A stretch of DNA of 64,000 bases from Thainema sp. (GTDB taxonomy: Bacteria > Cyanobacteriota > Cyanobacteriia > Phormidesmidales > Phormidesmidaceae): assembly GCA_052168235.1 (NCBI GenBank), contig JBQLZK010000016.1:32001-96000 (forward strand), in the 5' to 3' direction. Shown in pieces: positions 20,344 to 30,692 of this stretch (position 1 is the stretch's first letter; each line of letters begins with the position of its first letter). A program made the translations under genes and the position numbers. Under the pieces are notes generated by a model, which was not told where the DNA came from, searched no databases, and was given only the letters and a program-made list of their open reading frames with translations.

Positions 20344-23300
20344 TTAAACCCCGTAAATCTCATTAAAAATTCCCTGCTGTTGCGTTGCACCCATGACTAG
20401 CGATCGCAACAATTCGAACTGCCACGCATAGAGAAAGCTTTCGGCGTGAGCGGCGGTGTTGCGCAGTTTGCTGATTTGGTCAATGTGGGAAGCAGCGAGG
20501 GCTTCTTTTTGCTGGAGCCAGGTTGCGATCGGGTGTTGCCAGTCGGCGATGAACTGCTGAATGAGTTGGTGATCGGCCCGGTTGACGCCAGCGGCTGAAA
20601 CGGAGCAGTACAGTTTATCTTGAGGAATTTGGCTGCGGTGCTTAAGGCTTTCGTCACGCAGGGACTGCCATTCTGCGGCCAGGAGCGGCGGCAGCATCCC
20701 CAGGGTATATTTTTTCTTGGGGCTGAGCCGCAGACCGCCGATTTCGGTGCCGCCGTTGACTAGCAGGAAGTCCTGTAAATCGCGGAAGAACGGCTGCACA
20801 ATTTCCCGTTCCACGGCAAAGCCGAGCCGCAGACCCGCTTCCGAGTAATCGGCTAGCTGCGAAGTGAAGCCCTCGGTGTGAATCATCATGTAGTTTTTGT
20901 GGGCCGCGCAGAGATCGCGCTGGCTGCGGTTGTGGAGCTGCCGCCAAATGGCATCTCCAAGCTGCTCTTTCACGTTGCGGCGGATTTCGCGCGGGTCAAG
21001 GTTGGCTCCACTCTGCTCTAGCTGGGTTTGCAGCTCAGCAATATGGGCTTCATGACTGCGAATAGCGCTTTCCTGCATATGCAACTCACTTTGCAGGTTG
21101 CGGAACCGCTGCTGCTGAGCGGTCGAAAGCTGGTTGATTTTTTCCTCCAGCAGGGCGAGCTGCTGTTGCAGCATATTTACCTGCTTATCTTTTTCGCTGA
21201 CTAGCTGGTCTTTTTCCAGCAGGATCTGCGTTTTCTGGCGGAGCTGGAGGGCATCCAGCGCGGCCCGAATCAGGTTGAAGTAGTGGGGATGGGAAACATC
21301 GACTTCTTTGGCTTCCTCACGTCGCTTGCCCAGTAGTCCCCGGCGCTGCTGGAGCTGGATGGCGAGTACCTGACCTTCCGGATTGCGGATGCGCAGCTCT
21401 TTCGAAGCCGGATTACTGGGGTCAACCTGCGACAGGCTGCACTCGTAGTGGCGCTTGTTGTAGTAGAAATCAACCCGCGTCCAGAGCGACTTGCCGTTCT
21501 CGTCTATGCCGAGATCGGTCAACTCACTGGAATCCAGACCGTCTGAAGACTCGTCGGCATGAATCGTCGGCAACGAGATTTGCAGCGGCTTACTGCCGTT
21601 CTTGGCTGAGCTTTTACCCTTGGTTTTCTTTACTGTAGAAGTCGCCTTCGAACCGCTGGTTGGCGCTTGCGGCAACCGGACGCCGACCAGTTCCAGCTCC
21701 ACCGACTGTCGGCCCTGCCATTCATTCAGCTTTAGCTTATAGGCGATATCTAACTGCGTTGGCAGCGGACAATATTCACCCCAGCGCCATGCGATCGCTT
21801 TTATTGAGACTGGCTCAGCGCCTCGCTCATTGGCCTGCGCCACGGTGACTTTCAGGTGATCGCGGCTGCGGCCAATTTGCTGCTGCTCAATGATCCGCAC
21901 ATTCGGCGTCCAAAAAATCGGCTCGGCATTTTCGATGCCGCAGGGATGAAGCTGGTCAATTTGCTGATACAAATCCAGCGTCAAATCGGCCAAATCCGCC
22001 TGCACATCAATATTCACCAGCGGCTTCAGCAGCTCTGGCTCCAGATACTGATGGGCAAACTTGATCAAGCGCGATCGCACTGCCTCCAGTTGGTCAGCCG
22101 CAAAGGTAAATCCGCCCGCCGCTCGGTGGCCGCCGTACTTGGTCATCAGGTCATCGCAGAAGTTCAGCGCTTCATAGACGTTGAATTCTGGAATGCCCCG
22201 TGCTGAACCGCGAATCTGGGCGGGTTCACCCTCCTCGCCATCTTCAAACGTGCTGATGAACACGGGTACGCCATAGCGCTCCACTAATCGCGAGGCGACG
22301 ATACCGATCACGCCATGATGCCAGCCTTCGTGAACCAGCAGCAGCACCCGATTTTGCTTAATTTGATCTCTGGCCGCTTCGCAAAGTGCGATCGCATCTT
22401 GCTCAATTTGTTCGCAAAGGATCTGACGCTGGCGGTTAATCTGTTCACACTGCATGGCCCGCTCTAGCGCCACCCCTTCGTCATCGGTAGTGAGTAGGTC
22501 GATGACCACCTGCGGATCGGCGATTCGACCAACCGCATTGATGCGGGGGCCAAGCCGAAAACCAATCGCTTCCGGCTTCAAGCTGCCCTGGGCACCACCC
22601 AGGCCAGAAACTTGAATCAGCGCTTGAATCCCCGTGATGCGCGACTTGGGCAGCAGACGCAACCCCCGCTGCACCCAGCGGCGATTCACCCCGGTCAGCG
22701 GGGCTAGATCAGCAATCGTGCCCAGCGTAAACAATTCCAGTAGCGGCGCAGTCAGGTCTGTCGTCTTGCCCATTTCCTGTGCCAGACAGACGGCCAGGAT
22801 GTAAGCGACACCCACACCCGCCACGCCCCAGTAGGGCGACTCTGGATCAATCAGCTTAGGATTCAAAACCGCATTAGCTGGAGGAATTTCCGGCGGCACA
22901 TCGTGGTGATCGGTGATGATTACGTTCAGACCCAGCTCACGCGCCCGCGCAATCGGCTGGTAGGCGGCAATGCCGTTGTCCACCGTTAGAATCAGCCGTA
23001 CCCCTTCCGCGTGAAATTCCTCCACGATTCGCTCATTGATGCCGTAGCCTTCGGCCATGCGGCTGGGGATGGCGTAATCAACATTGGCACCCAGATACCG
23101 CAGCGCTCGGAGCAGAAGGGCCGTACTGGTCATACCGTCTGCATCGTAGTCGCCGCAGATGGCAATTTTCTCCTGATTTGCGATCGCAGTTTGCAAAAGC
23201 TCTAAACTCACCACCAGATCCGGAAACTCCTCCAGCGGCGACGGCAGCAGTTGCTTATCCGGATGCAAAAATTCATCGACCGCTTCCCGCGTGGTAAAGC

Positions 23301-23436
23301 CCCGATTCAGCAACACCTGAGCCAGCAGCGGCGACAACAGGGCATTTTGCCCCAGCAGATTGGCCTGAGCCAACTGAGGCGGATGAATATGCCAGCGCTG
23401 ATCGGGCAGCCGCACCGTTTGCTGGGTTGAAGTCAT
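20344..23436 (-). CDS. recJ: ssDNA exonuclease RecJ with a long C-terminal extension (coiled coil plus HEPN-like domain)
   Basis: GDYDADG, TVDNG, TDHH, GTIAD, GPRINAVGR, RGSARG and GGHRAAGG, followed by about 430 extra residues ending in KLRNTAAH. Confidence 0.92.
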   Translation of the reverse strand: MTSTQQTVRLPDQRWHIHPPQLAQANLLGQNALLSPLLAQVLLNRGFTTREAVDEFLHPDKQLLPSPLEEFPDLVVSLELLQTAIANQEKIAICGDYDADGMTSTALLLRALRYLGANVDYAIPSRMAEGYGINERIVEEFHAEGVRLILTVDNGIAAYQPIARARELGLNVIITDHHDVPPEIPPANAVLNPKLIDPESPYWGVAGVGVAYILAVCLAQEMGKTTDLTAPLLELFTLGTIADLAPLTGVNRRWVQRGLRLLPKSRITGIQALIQVSGLGGAQGSLKPEAIGFRLGPRINAVGRIADPQVVIDLLTTDDEGVALERAMQCEQINRQRQILCEQIEQDAIALCEAARDQIKQNRVLLLVHEGWHHGVIGIVASRLVERYGVPVFISTFEDGEEGEPAQIRGSARGIPEFNVYEALNFCDDLMTKYGGHRAAGGFTFAADQLEAVRSRLIKFAHQYLEPELLKPLVNIDVQADLADLTLDLYQQIDQLHPCGIENAEPIFWTPNVRIIEQQQIGRSRDHLKVTVAQANERGAEPVSIKAIAWRWGEYCPLPTQLDIAYKLKLNEWQGRQSVELELVGVRLPQAPTSGSKATSTVKKTKGKSSAKNGSKPLQISLPTIHADESSDGLDSSELTDLGIDENGKSLWTRVDFYYNKRHYECSLSQVDPSNPASKELRIRNPEGQVLAIQLQQRRGLLGKRREEAKEVDVSHPHYFNLIRAALDALQLRQKTQILLEKDQLVSEKDKQVNMLQQQLALLEEKINQLSTAQQQRFRNLQSELHMQESAIRSHEAHIAELQTQLEQSGANLDPREIRRNVKEQLGDAIWRQLHNRSQRDLCAAHKNYMMIHTEGFTSQLADYSEAGLRLGFAVEREIVQPFFRDLQDFLLVNGGTEIGGLRLSPKKKYTLGMLPPLLAAEWQSLRDESLKHRSQIPQDKLYCSVSAAGVNRADHQLIQQFIADWQHPIATWLQQKEALAASHIDQISKLRNTAAHAESFLYAWQFELLRSLVMGATQQQGIFNEIYGV

Positions 23437-23500
23437 GTCGAGCTTGTCAATCGAACCTACCAATTGTCTGATCCGCTGTGTGATCCGTTGTGTGATTTGT

Positions 23501-23604
23501 TAAGTAGCTGCACATGAGTAAATGCATATCTGAAAAACCGGGGGAGCGCCCCGGAGGGGCGCTCCCCCGGTTTTTAAATGCGTTTATTTATGCCAACCTA
23601 CTTA
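23501..23604. mobile_element. MITE-like element with a 20-bp perfect internal hairpin
   Basis: Terminal IRs TAAGTAG.../...CTACTTA (20/27 match when extended). Arms 23533-23552 and 23556-23575 around a GGA loop. Confidence 0.65.
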
Positions 23605-23910
23605 CTGAGTAAGTTGTTATGTGCCAAACAATATCTGTAAAGTACAAAACATTACAAGCCTAAAGTACAAACTTACTTTTATCTTCTCAGTAAAAGTTGT
23701 CCGATTGTACCGAAATCCCTGATTGCGATCGCAACTTGCAACACATGATCACGATTCCACCTTCTCTATCCATCTAAAGACGTATCAAAGTTTTAAAACC
23801 TGGTTGCAGTTTGAAAGTCTCAGATTATTGTGGGACTGCGGATCTGAATTTTGCAACAACTTAGCGGACTTGGGATCAGCGCAATCTAACCTCAAAAACG
23901 ATAGGTTTTT

Positions 23911-25323
23911 ATGCTAAACGCCCTTTCCTTTATTGGCATTTTTGGCCTTTGCTTTGTGGCTTGGCTAGGGTCAGAAGATCGACGTGTCGTCCCCTGGCGG
24001 ATGATTGCCTGGGGAGTAGGGCTACAGCTTGTGATTGGCGCGTTAGTCTTTCGCATTCCCGGCTCACGAGACATTGTGCTGTATCTGAATGATCTGCTGA
24101 ATGCAGTCATTGATGCATCGGAGGCCGGATCGCGATTTCTGTTTTCTGATCTGTTTGTCCCCGTACCCGGTAATGCGCCGGGGCCAGTTTTGGCCGGGCG
24201 CTGGATTGCGCGTGCCATTACGCCTGCCTACGTCCCCGTGCCTGGCGATCGGCTCGGAGCCGCAAATTTGAATATGGGCTACATTGTGGCCTTTCGGCTC
24301 CTGCCCCAAATTATCTTTTTCTCGGCAGTGATTAGCTTGCTGTATCGGCTACACATCATTCAGCCGATTGTGCGGGTGTTTGCCAAGCTGTTTCGCGGCA
24401 CACTGAGGATTAGCGGGGCTGAATCGATGGCGGGTGCCGCCAATATTTTTGTCGGGATTGAATCTGCGATCGCAATTAAGCCCTTCTTGGCTGATATGAC
24501 CCGCAGTGAACTGTGTGCGATCCTCACCTCCTGCTTTGGCTCGATTGCCTCTACCGTATTGGCGCTCTACGCTGGTTTTTTGCGACCGACATTTCCAGCC
24601 ATCACCGGACACTTGATGTCGGCATCGATTTTGACCATTCCGGCCTGCTTTGTAATCTCCAAAATTCTCGTTCCCGAAAAGGATTTGCCCAAAACGCTGG
24701 GCAGTATTCCTGAAGAAATTGATGACGAAGTTGATCGGCCCAGCCCAATGGATAGTCTGATTCTGGGCGCATTGGACGGCGTCAAGATGGCGGTGGGCAT
24801 TGCCGCTGTGCTGATTGCAATTTTGGGTTTGGTGGCACTCGTCAACATGCTGTTTGATAGCTTGGCCAACTTATCAAGTAGCCCCGTTGGTGTCTTTCAA
24901 GCCATTGGCCAATTCTTCAGCCTCATTACAATTGAAAATATTCTCGGTGCAATTTTCTTACCGCTGACGTTCCTGACGGGCGTCTCGCTGGAGTGGCAAG
25001 AGCTTTGGACGTCCTCTGTTTTGATTGGACAGCGATTGTTACTCACGGCGATCCCGCCATATCAACGGCTGGCTGAGCTATCAGCGGCTGATGCAATTAG
25101 CGATCGCGCTATGCTCGTCGTCAGCTACGTGCTCTGTGGATTCGCTCACATTGCCTCGGTGGGCATCTTTGCTGGCGGCTTAGCGGGTCTGGTTCCCTCT
25201 CGCCGCAAGGACATTAGCCAGATTGTCTGGAAAGCACTGTGGGCTGGTACACTAGCCACCTTAATGACAGGCTGCATTGCGGGTATCTACTTCTACGAAG
25301 GTGCAGCAGTCCTCGGACAATAA
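23911..25323 (+). CDS. nupC: Concentrative nucleoside transporter (NupC/CNT family)
   Basis: LPQIIFFSA, ISGAES..AANIFVG, MTRSEL, LCGFAH and LATLMTGCIAG. Confidence 0.88.
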   Translation: MLNALSFIGIFGLCFVAWLGSEDRRVVPWRMIAWGVGLQLVIGALVFRIPGSRDIVLYLNDLLNAVIDASEAGSRFLFSDLFVPVPGNAPGPVLAGRWIARAITPAYVPVPGDRLGAANLNMGYIVAFRLLPQIIFFSAVISLLYRLHIIQPIVRVFAKLFRGTLRISGAESMAGAANIFVGIESAIAIKPFLADMTRSELCAILTSCFGSIASTVLALYAGFLRPTFPAITGHLMSASILTIPACFVISKILVPEKDLPKTLGSIPEEIDDEVDRPSPMDSLILGALDGVKMAVGIAAVLIAILGLVALVNMLFDSLANLSSSPVGVFQAIGQFFSLITIENILGAIFLPLTFLTGVSLEWQELWTSSVLIGQRLLLTAIPPYQRLAELSAADAISDRAMLVVSYVLCGFAHIASVGIFAGGLAGLVPSRRKDISQIVWKALWAGTLATLMTGCIAGIYFYEGAAVLGQ

Positions 25324-25337
25324 TTATGAATTGCTGC

Positions 25338-25380
25338 AAAGAATGGGGCGGGTAGCCGAAGCTACCCACCCCATTCTTTT
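25338..25380. terminator. Intrinsic terminator between convergent genes
   Basis: AAAGAATGGGGCGGGTAGC-cgaa-GCTACCCACCCCATTCTTTT. Confidence 0.7.
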
Positions 25381-25476
25381 GATCTAAATATGATGGAGCA
25401 TCTGCGGATGCAAACGTTTCAAAAAATAATTGTGTTCTTATACGTAGACTGGGATCAACCAGTGTGTACTACGTTC

Positions 25477-27018
25477 CTAGCGGCGGACTGAACTGGGCGA
25501 GTAAGCATTACCTGCCATATTCGAACCACTGTTCAACGCAGCCGTTACCTGCGCTCTCGACATGCCAGCTTGGATCATTGGGCTGTAGAGTAGCTGAATC
25601 ACTTTGCGGTCAAGCGCTGTATAAGCCGTCGTATCCGTCCAGCCCTGGTAGAAAATGCTGTCTGGATAGCGATAGGAGTCTTGCAAGAGGCCCATTGCCT
25701 GGGTCAATTCTTCGCGAATTAAGTGCGATCGCTCTTGCTGATTGACTCCCGTTGTTGAAATCAAAATACTGGCACTGGAAATCCGGTAGTTATTCCAGCG
25801 CACCCAGGCGTAGCCCATGTTCACAGGACGATAGTTCGGTTCATAGCGGCTGAACTGCTGCTCTGGCACAAAATACATTTCGACATTGGGATTTTGATCC
25901 ACGATTTGCATCCGGATGCTTAAGTTCATGCCGTTGATTTCATCAACGATGCTGCGCAGCGTTTGCAGATCGGCAGCCGTTGGGTTGCCGTTGACTCGAA
26001 TTCGAATGTCTGATTCCCACTTACGAACCACTTCGGCACTGTTATTAAACTCAGCCTCCATTGCAATTTCCAAAAAATAATCAATCACAGATGCGTCATA
26101 GGTAGGCATCACAGGAGACTCCATCCTCGGAGTTGGTCGCACAAACGCGGTTTCTGTTTCTGTAACGCGAGATGGGGACACAGCCGATGGCGCTACTGTG
26201 GATACAGTCGTTGTTAGCTCTGACCCTACCCGTTCAGTTGCCTCGGTGGTGACGCGCATCGTACCTGCACGGGGGAAAGATTGGGATGGACGGCTTAAAA
26301 GTGCAGCCCCTGGATTAGATTGGTTCCTATAGACTGATTGATTAAAGGTGGTGGGCTGGGAGGCTGTTGGTTGATAGATAGACTGACTAGAGGCTGACGG
26401 CTGATAGGTAGGTTGGCGGAGGCCTGATTGATTACCCAATTGACGATAAATGGATTGATTTTGATAGCTCGCCTGATTCTGATAAACAGGAGCTTGATTA
26501 ACTTGATTTAAGTAGGTCGAATTTTGATCAGTCAGTTGGCCATAGTTTGCCTGACCATAGCCTAGCTGCTCGTAACCGGACTGACTATAACCTTGTGTAT
26601 AACCGGATTGACTATAAGCAGACTGGCGGGCAGTCGCTGGATTTTGATAAACCGATTGACCGTAGCCTGACTGATTTTGATCAGTAAAATTTTGATAGCT
26701 GGAATTTTGATCAACCGACTGAGATGAAAACTCGCGTAGGCGTTCCCCGCGTTGATATACCGCTGAGTTATAGACCGTTGCCGGGCGTTGCCCTGTAGCG
26801 GATGGGTTGCTCTGATAATTAGCTCCGGCAGAGCGGTTGACGGGATTCTGGAAAATAATTTCTCCCCGGTTCTGGAAAAACTGACCGTTAGCGGCAGTTT
26901 GGGCGACTGATGGTAAGGCTCCAGCCAATGTTAGGAACGTAGATGATAGTCCAAGTGCGATCGCATAGGTTCGGGTCATCTGTGGGTTGGTCAATATATT
27001 CCGGCAAAACTGTCTCAC
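25477..27018 (-). CDS. Secreted protein with a Q/N/S/Y-rich low-complexity region and a C-terminal DUF2927-like domain
   Basis: Signal peptide ending PSVAQ; KWESDIRI, LIREELTQAMGL, DSIFY and LDRKVIQLLY. Start could be ATG 26979. Confidence 0.75.
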   Translation of the reverse strand: MRQFCRNILTNPQMTRTYAIALGLSSTFLTLAGALPSVAQTAANGQFFQNRGEIIFQNPVNRSAGANYQSNPSATGQRPATVYNSAVYQRGERLREFSSQSVDQNSSYQNFTDQNQSGYGQSVYQNPATARQSAYSQSGYTQGYSQSGYEQLGYGQANYGQLTDQNSTYLNQVNQAPVYQNQASYQNQSIYRQLGNQSGLRQPTYQPSASSQSIYQPTASQPTTFNQSVYRNQSNPGAALLSRPSQSFPRAGTMRVTTEATERVGSELTTTVSTVAPSAVSPSRVTETETAFVRPTPRMESPVMPTYDASVIDYFLEIAMEAEFNNSAEVVRKWESDIRIRVNGNPTAADLQTLRSIVDEINGMNLSIRMQIVDQNPNVEMYFVPEQQFSRYEPNYRPVNMGYAWVRWNNYRISSASILISTTGVNQQERSHLIREELTQAMGLLQDSYRYPDSIFYQGWTDTTAYTALDRKVIQLLYSPMIQAGMSRAQVTAALNSGSNMAGNAYSPSSVRR

Positions 27019-27795
27019 ACGGCCCCCTTCTGATTCTGGATATGATTCTGAACAACATGGTTGATTTCAACAGATGCCCCGTTGCAGTGAGTGACGTGAA
27101 AACGGGGAATGTTGTGTCCAAATTTTTCACAGGTGGAGGAGCGCAACTATATCGATGCGTGAGACTTCTGCAATTGGTCAGGATTTGAACCTGTTTTACA
27201 AAGTATGACGTTGGCCGAAATGGTCGGTAAATCAGGTGTTTCCCTACGGTGATCCGTAATTTCCCTAGGCCGATGTATTGTTAGGGAATTTAGGGGCAAT
27301 TCTGTTTGTGGCACACAGGTTGGAACAGGCTGGGTACGTTTATCTTTGGCTGGTATCACCCACCTTGGTACATAAAGCCTTGGTACATCAAGATGCTCAG
27401 CAAAGCGAACAGGATTAGCCGCTGTAGACTCTCATGTCGCCATTAATCGCTGATCAATCGCTACTCTGCCGCACGGTATCTGGATAAGTGGCCACTTTTT
27501 TTGCCCAGATTCCAATATTCCAGTTGGTGTAACGGGATACTTTGCGGGAACATCAAGCTGCTAGTGTGAGTAGCCAGATCGTTAAGATTCGTCAGGTAAT
27601 GATTGACAGATGAATCCAAACTGCGATCGCAGTTCTACACTATGTACCACTATGTAGCGATGCAAACTGTAAGGAGTTGCAGTGGCTTTGCAAACTATAA
27701 AGATGTGAATTACTGCCAAATTGAGGGATTTCGATCTCACCCATCTGGCATGATTATGAGGACACGCTCAGACTAACGCAACCTGTTTACTTATC

Positions 27796-29607
27796 ATGGC
27801 TATCATTGTCCAAAAATTTGGAGGCACCTCCGTCGGTACCGTCGAACGTATTCAAGCCGTAGCACAGCGCGTCAAACGCACCGCTGACGCAGGCAACACC
27901 GTTGTCGTCGTCGTCTCGGCAATGGGTAAAACAACCGATGGCCTCGTTAAACTCGCTAACGATATCTCTGCAAATCCCAGTCGGCGAGAAATGGACATGC
28001 TGCTCTCCACCGGCGAGCAGGTTTCAATCGCGCTACTCAGCATGGCGCTACAGGAAATCGGCCAGCCAGCCATTTCGATGACGGGTGCTCAGGTGGGAAT
28101 TGTCACCGAAGCTGAACATACCCGTGCCCGCATTTTGAAGATTGAAACCGAGCGGCTCACCCAGCATCTCAATGAGGGCAAAGTAGTTGTGGTAGCCGGA
28201 TTCCAGGGAATCAGCAACACGCCCAATTTGGAAATCACCACGCTGGGTCGCGGCGGTTCCGACACCTCAGCTGTGGCACTGGCGGCGGCACTCCAGGCCG
28301 ACTGTTGTGAAATTTATACCGATGTGCCGGGCATTCTCACCACTGATCCGCGCATTGTGCCAGAAGCACAGTTGATGACTGAAATCACCTGCGATGAAAT
28401 GCTAGAGCTGGCTAGCTTGGGTGCCAAGGTGCTACACCCTCGCGCAGTGGAAATTGCTCGCAACTATGGGGTTGATTTGGTCGTTCGTTCAAGCTGGAGC
28501 GATGATCCGGGAACACGGGTGGTTTCGCCCGTGCCGCAACCGCGTCCCCTAGAGGGCTTGGAGATTACTCATCCAGTTGATGGCGTAGAGTTTGATACCG
28601 ATCAGGCGAAGGTGGCGCTGCTCCGCATTCCTGACCGACCGGGGGTGGCAGCGCAGCTCTTTGGTGAAATTGCCCAGCAGGATTTAGACGTTGACCTAAT
28701 TATTCAGTCGATTCATGAAGGCAACACCAACGACATCGCGTTTACAGTCATACGCAACAACTTGAATCGGGCGGAAGCGGTGGCAGCTGCGATCGCACCT
28801 GTTCTGCGCAACTCCACTGATCCGACAAGTGCAGAAGCGGAGGTCATGGTCGATCGGCAAATGGCCAAAGTCAGCATCGCGGGGGCAGGCATGATTGGTC
28901 GTCCCGGTGTGGCAGCGCAGATGTTCATCACTCTGGCAGAAGCGGGCGTTAATATTCAGATGATTTCCACCTCAGAAGTGAAGGTAAGCTGTGCGATTGA
29001 TGTAGCCGATTGCGATCGCGCAATTGCCGCTCTCTGCCAAACCTTTGATGTCAAAAGCTCGTCAATGACGCCGCCGATTGCTCAGTCCACTACTCAGCAT
29101 CCACCTGTACGAGGAGCTGCACTGGATCTCAAGCAGGCCCGTCTTGCCATCCGGCATGTACCGGATCAACCCGGTATGGCAGCCCGCATCTTTAAACTGC
29201 TGGCCGATCGCAACATCAGCGTTGACATGATTATTCAGTCGCAGCGCTGCCGACTAGTGAATGGTATTGCCACCCGCGATATTGCCTGCACTGTAGCCCA
29301 GACCGATGCCGAAGAAGCACGTATGGTACTGGCCGATATGGCTGCGGAAATGGGCTATGCCGACGTTACTGTCGATGCCGAAATTGCCAAGGTGAGTATC
29401 GTCGGCATTGGCATGGTGGGCCAACCAGGGGTGGCCGCAAAAATGTTCCGCGCCCTCGCTGCCGAGCAAATCAACATCCAAATGATTGCCACATCGGAAA
29501 TTAAGATTAGCTGCGTCGTCAGCGAAATGGACGGAGCCAAAGCACTGAAAGCGATTCACGATGTCTTTGGCCTGTCGGGGAAAACACAAGTTCAAGTACC
29601 GGCATAA
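27796..29607 (+). CDS. lysC: Aspartate kinase (cyanobacterial type with four ACT domains)
   Basis: VQKFGGTSV, TLGRGGSDTSA, YTDVPG and repeated ACT units (PDRPGVAA, MISTSEVKVSC). Confidence 0.96.
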   Translation: MAIIVQKFGGTSVGTVERIQAVAQRVKRTADAGNTVVVVVSAMGKTTDGLVKLANDISANPSRREMDMLLSTGEQVSIALLSMALQEIGQPAISMTGAQVGIVTEAEHTRARILKIETERLTQHLNEGKVVVVAGFQGISNTPNLEITTLGRGGSDTSAVALAAALQADCCEIYTDVPGILTTDPRIVPEAQLMTEITCDEMLELASLGAKVLHPRAVEIARNYGVDLVVRSSWSDDPGTRVVSPVPQPRPLEGLEITHPVDGVEFDTDQAKVALLRIPDRPGVAAQLFGEIAQQDLDVDLIIQSIHEGNTNDIAFTVIRNNLNRAEAVAAAIAPVLRNSTDPTSAEAEVMVDRQMAKVSIAGAGMIGRPGVAAQMFITLAEAGVNIQMISTSEVKVSCAIDVADCDRAIAALCQTFDVKSSSMTPPIAQSTTQHPPVRGAALDLKQARLAIRHVPDQPGMAARIFKLLADRNISVDMIIQSQRCRLVNGIATRDIACTVAQTDAEEARMVLADMAAEMGYADVTVDAEIAKVSIVGIGMVGQPGVAAKMFRALAAEQINIQMIATSEIKISCVVSEMDGAKALKAIHDVFGLSGKTQVQVPA

Positions 29608-29695
29608 TACGAGTGAAGGAATGATGTCTTGCCGCGTAAGCTTAACTCACGGACAAAAGCGCAGCGCATTACCTTTTTGGCCTAACGAAGAGAAT

Positions 29696-30592
29696 TTACC
29701 AATTGCGCCAACCGCCGGACATTGTGGCGGCATCTGTCTTGTCGTCGCTACGATTCGATTTAACCGTGAGGTCTCGCCGCAGCAGTCGCTCGTAGTCTTG
29801 GGTGCTGGCCCAGCGATCGATTTCACGTGCTCGCAGTACCGGAACTGGATGCGTCAAATCACGGGTACGAACTTGCTTCAGCATTTCGCCAATTTCGGAT
29901 TTGCTGATGTCGTCGTAGGAGCGAGCCTGCTCCAAAAATGCGTCTAAATTGAGCTGAGATGATAGCGTTGGTGAACCACCCGCTAGCTTCATCAGTACCG
30001 AGGCGACGACTCTGGAATTTTGAGTGGCAAGCAGAGCCGCGCGATCGCAGGTGAACTCAGCACAGCGCACCCACTCCAAAATACTGGCCTGTAGGTTGTC
30101 GGCTAGCAGTCCGCCCCACGGCATCGGTAACTGGCCTGCCGCCAGCGTAATTAAATTAGCTAGCGTCAAATAAACGCTGTGGTCACACTTGAGATGGCCC
30201 AGTTCGTGGGCAATCACCGCTTGAGTCTCTTCCGGCGTCAGTAAATCAATCAGCGACGTATGCAGTACCACAAACGGCTGCTTACCCCGCATGGCAAATG
30301 TATAGGCATTGGGAACAGGATGCTGCCGCACATACAGTTCGGGTGGCTCTAAATCAAGCGTCTTGCAGGCATCTATCAGCAAATGATGGAGCTGAGGAAG
30401 CTGATTCTCACCAACTCGCACTCCAGAGGCTAGGTTTTCAATCTGAAAAACTTGCTCACCCACAGAACCAATCAAGCTGCGAACCAATAAGTCTAGTCCT
30501 GGTAGCTGCTTCAGTGAATGGGTGGCTTCTAAATCGAGGGGATGACGAAAATGATCCGCTTTGAGACCCACAAGCGTTGTCTTAGATGGCAT
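29696..30592 (-). CDS. M48-family zinc metallopeptidase
   Basis: PNAYT, AHELGH, AEFTCDRA and THPVPVLR. Confidence 0.9.
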   Translation of the reverse strand: MPSKTTLVGLKADHFRHPLDLEATHSLKQLPGLDLLVRSLIGSVGEQVFQIENLASGVRVGENQLPQLHHLLIDACKTLDLEPPELYVRQHPVPNAYTFAMRGKQPFVVLHTSLIDLLTPEETQAVIAHELGHLKCDHSVYLTLANLITLAAGQLPMPWGGLLADNLQASILEWVRCAEFTCDRAALLATQNSRVVASVLMKLAGGSPTLSSQLNLDAFLEQARSYDDISKSEIGEMLKQVRTRDLTHPVPVLRAREIDRWASTQDYERLLRRDLTVKSNRSDDKTDAATMSGGWRNW

Positions 30593-30692
30593 AACGATTG
30601 CACAAAATAACGTGATAAAGCGCCGCTACGCCTAGTATAGCGATCTCCAACTGGTGCAGGTTTAGACTGCACAGCCAAGCAAGTCAATTGAT

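Noticed and set aside
18427..20390. Numerous overlapping short ORFs inside acs (and likewise in glgP, recJ, lysC and the barrel gene)
   Set aside because: Shadow frames of GC-rich coding sequence with no independent support.
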